A stretch of 64,000 nucleotides of DNA from the human T2T-CHM13v2.0 reference genome, Homo sapiens: assembly GCF_009914755.1 (NCBI RefSeq), contig NC_060928.1. One strand, 5' to 3'. The translations under genes were made by a program, and so were the position numbers. Under the pieces are notes generated by a model that was not told where the DNA came from, did no database searches, and worked only from the letters and a program-made list of their open reading frames with translations. Shown piece after piece: positions 60,882 through 64,000 of the stretch. Every line of letters begins with the position of its first letter. Position 1 is the first letter of the stretch.

Positions 60882-61249
60882 TGATATGGTTTGGCTGTGT
60901 TCCCACCCAAATCTCATCTTGAATTGTAGCTCCCATAATCCCCACATGTTGTGGGAGGGACCTGGTGGGAGGTAATTGAACCATGGAGGTGAGTTTTCCC
61001 ATGCTGTTCTTGTGACAGTAAGTTTCATGAAATCTGATGGTTTTACAAAAGACAGTTCCCCTGCACAACTCTCTTGCCTGCTGCCATGTAAGACACACCT
61101 TTGCTCCTCCTTCACCTCCACCATGGTGGTGAGTCCTCCCCAGCCATGTGGAACTGTGAGTCTATTAAACCTCTTTTTCTTTATAAATTACCAAGTCTGG
61201 GTAATTTAATATAGCCCCATATTAGTCTTCGTGAGAACAGACTAATACA
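60882..61249 (+). mobile_element. THE1B-like solo LTR in L1 ORF2
   Basis: TGATATGGTTTGGCTGTGT...CTAATACA; TSD GCAGG/GTGGG, consistent with ancestral GCGGG and CpG decay on opposite strands. Confidence 0.9.
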
Positions 61250-62211
61250 GTGGGCATCCTTGTCTTGCTTCAGTTTTTAGAGGAAAGGCTTTCAGCTTTT
61301 CTCCATTCAGCATGATGTTAGTGGTGGATTTGTCATTTTTGGCCTTTATTATGTTGAGGTATGTTCCTTCCATGCCTAGTTTGTTGAGAGTTTTTATTAT
61401 GAAGATATTTTAAATGTTATCAAATGCTTTTTCTGCATTGATTGAGATGATCATATGGTTTTTGTCCTTCTTCGATGCTCTACCCTTTCTCCTGTTCTCT
61501 AATGATGCACTACAGAAATGATCCTTGGAAGTACAGTCTTTTAAGGTACATTTTAAAGACCTTCTGTGTTTTATTGAAAAAAGGAAATATGCCTTTTTAA
61601 TTATAATGTTATACATATTCATTAAAAGGATTTAGAAAATACAGATATGATAGAGTCTGTAACATTAAAAAGTATGAATGTGTAAGTAATCACACCTTTT
61701 CCCATTCCCTTCCCTGTCAAAGGAAGACAGGATCTAGTGTTCTGCTGAGAAAATGTGAGGTTGCAGAACTGTAAGGACAGAAAGACTGAAATAATTTTTA
61801 GTCAAAAGAGCCCAGAGCAATTGGAAGAACAGAACAGACCCCAAAGCAGAGAGCTGGGGTCAGATGGAGAGAAAGAAGGACAAAATTTTGTATGTATCCG
61901 CCTAGCTGTGCGCTGTGAAACTGAGAAGAAATATATATATATATATATGATTTTAAAGATGTTTTCACAAGTGTCATGCCATCTAGTAACTCTTCCCACT
62001 CTCTTCAAAAGAATTCCATAAAAATGTACATTGCTTTTTAATGTTTTCTTTTGGGTTTTGGATTCTTTTCAATGCAAAACTGTATTGTGACTCATCATGA
62101 AATACCCAGTTTTATTTGGGTTACAAAAAAAGAAAACATTAAAAATTCATAATTCCATCTTTAGACTCTACTAGGGTTTAAAACATGGTAAAGATAGTAT
62201 GTATGCATATG

Positions 62212-62790
<579 letters not shown>

Positions 62791-64000
62791 CATTTATTGT
62801 CTTTTATTCCTCTGAGGAGAGCACACACACAGAAAATACATCATGGTCTTTTCAAGCACGTAGAGCTTGCTAGCCACTGGCTTCTTCTCTTGATAATGGC
62901 TCTAATGTCATAATTAGCTTGGCCTCTTCTAGAATGTTCCTTTCTGATAAAGGCATTTTGGCTGTAGGAACTTGTGACCAATGCTGTAGGTGCAATCTCA
63001 GAGGACTTGAGACATCAAAACCTTTTGTTTCCTCTGTGAGAGAGAATTCTCTTCTGTGTAGAGAATTATTGATCAACCATCTTTAGTTTAAATGATTATG
63101 TGTAGCTGCTAGTTCTAAATAATACATGGATTCCCTTCTGTAATTCTCTATACATGCTTTCACCAAAATAAATAAATAAATGATGAAAACTATGGAAGAC
63201 AAAATCCTACATTATTTTGAAACAACAAAGGCTAAAATAGGGGCAAAACCCCCTTCAAGTCCTTTCAAGAGGGTTGAAAGGAAACTTCCTTTCCTTCTGT
63301 TTGGACCTCAGGGGAGATTCTTATCGTTTCTGGAATCCCATGCCTGCTTATGTTTCCCAGATGTTCTTTCAGATAATTAATCCCTCCTCCAATTTATTCC
63401 TCCTCTTCTCCCTGCACCCAACAGAAATAGGTTGAAAATTCTTGCACCTTTTTGATAAGAGAGAATGGACATAAAAAGCATCTAATGACTAAAAATCCTC
63501 ATATAAATGTTGTAGAATCATTTCAATTTTTAATAGAAGTGTACCTGTTAAAAAAGGACTAGAGAATCCACCAAATATCAGAGTCCCTTGGTCTTGCATT
63601 CCTTAGTTTCTTACTCTTTTTTCTTTGGTGATCACTGTACCTCCTTCCTTACCCTTTCTCTCTTGTCCATTTCTGGAGAGTTGCTCTTGACTTCCAGGAA
63701 TTTCTTGGCATTTCTGAAAACCTAGTTCCCCTCGTCCCCTTCTTATCCCCATGGTGTCTGATATTACTTTTAATATCATCTTCAGTTATCTCTGTTGCAT
63801 GTTGGTTCCATTAATATGTGCTGAATAGCTCCTTTTTGCCAGGCATGTCTCTTGGAACTGAAGATTGATGCAAAGATAAATTGAGATCATGGTCCCTGCC
63901 CTTGAAGGTAGGAGAAAGGAAAGCCCCACATTAATTCACTATGCAGAATCTGACTGAGATGTCAACAACCCACACTGTTATACAGATATGACGGCAGGTG

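Noticed and set aside
60093-61622. ORFs with reverse-transcriptase-like motifs (FADDM)
   Set aside because: Decayed L1 ORF2 interrupted by stops and a THE1 LTR.

Overview
Human (primate) genomic DNA at the 5' end of IGFBP7. The gene lies on the minus strand. Exon 1 (CDS 27738-27264, 475 nt: signal peptide, IGFBP domain, Kazal domain) sits in a CpG island with a TATA-like/Inr core promoter. Positions 1-27263 are part of the long first intron; 27773-64000 is upstream sequence, overlapped from memory by the plus-strand lncRNA IGFBP7-AS1. The rest is mostly interspersed repeats (Alu, L1, L2, MIR, MaLR/ERV LTRs, DNA transposons), and none of the other ORFs in the track looks like a real gene. The most striking structure is a ~5.9 kb MER41 endogenous-retrovirus copy (53119-59047) with mRNA architecture (R-U5-internal-U3-R plus an A-tail), a 17-bp target-site duplication and a possible cap-derived extra G. 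This points to LINE-1 retrotransposition rather than integrase insertion, and a human-specific AluYb8 later hit the same target site. Also notable: a sense-oriented intronic U13/SNORD13 retrocopy, the exonic hairpin behind IGFBP7 A-to-I recoding, a full-length THE1 element, a perfect 19-bp inverted repeat and several local templated duplications. All repeat subfamily calls are from recalled consensus sequences, not database searches.
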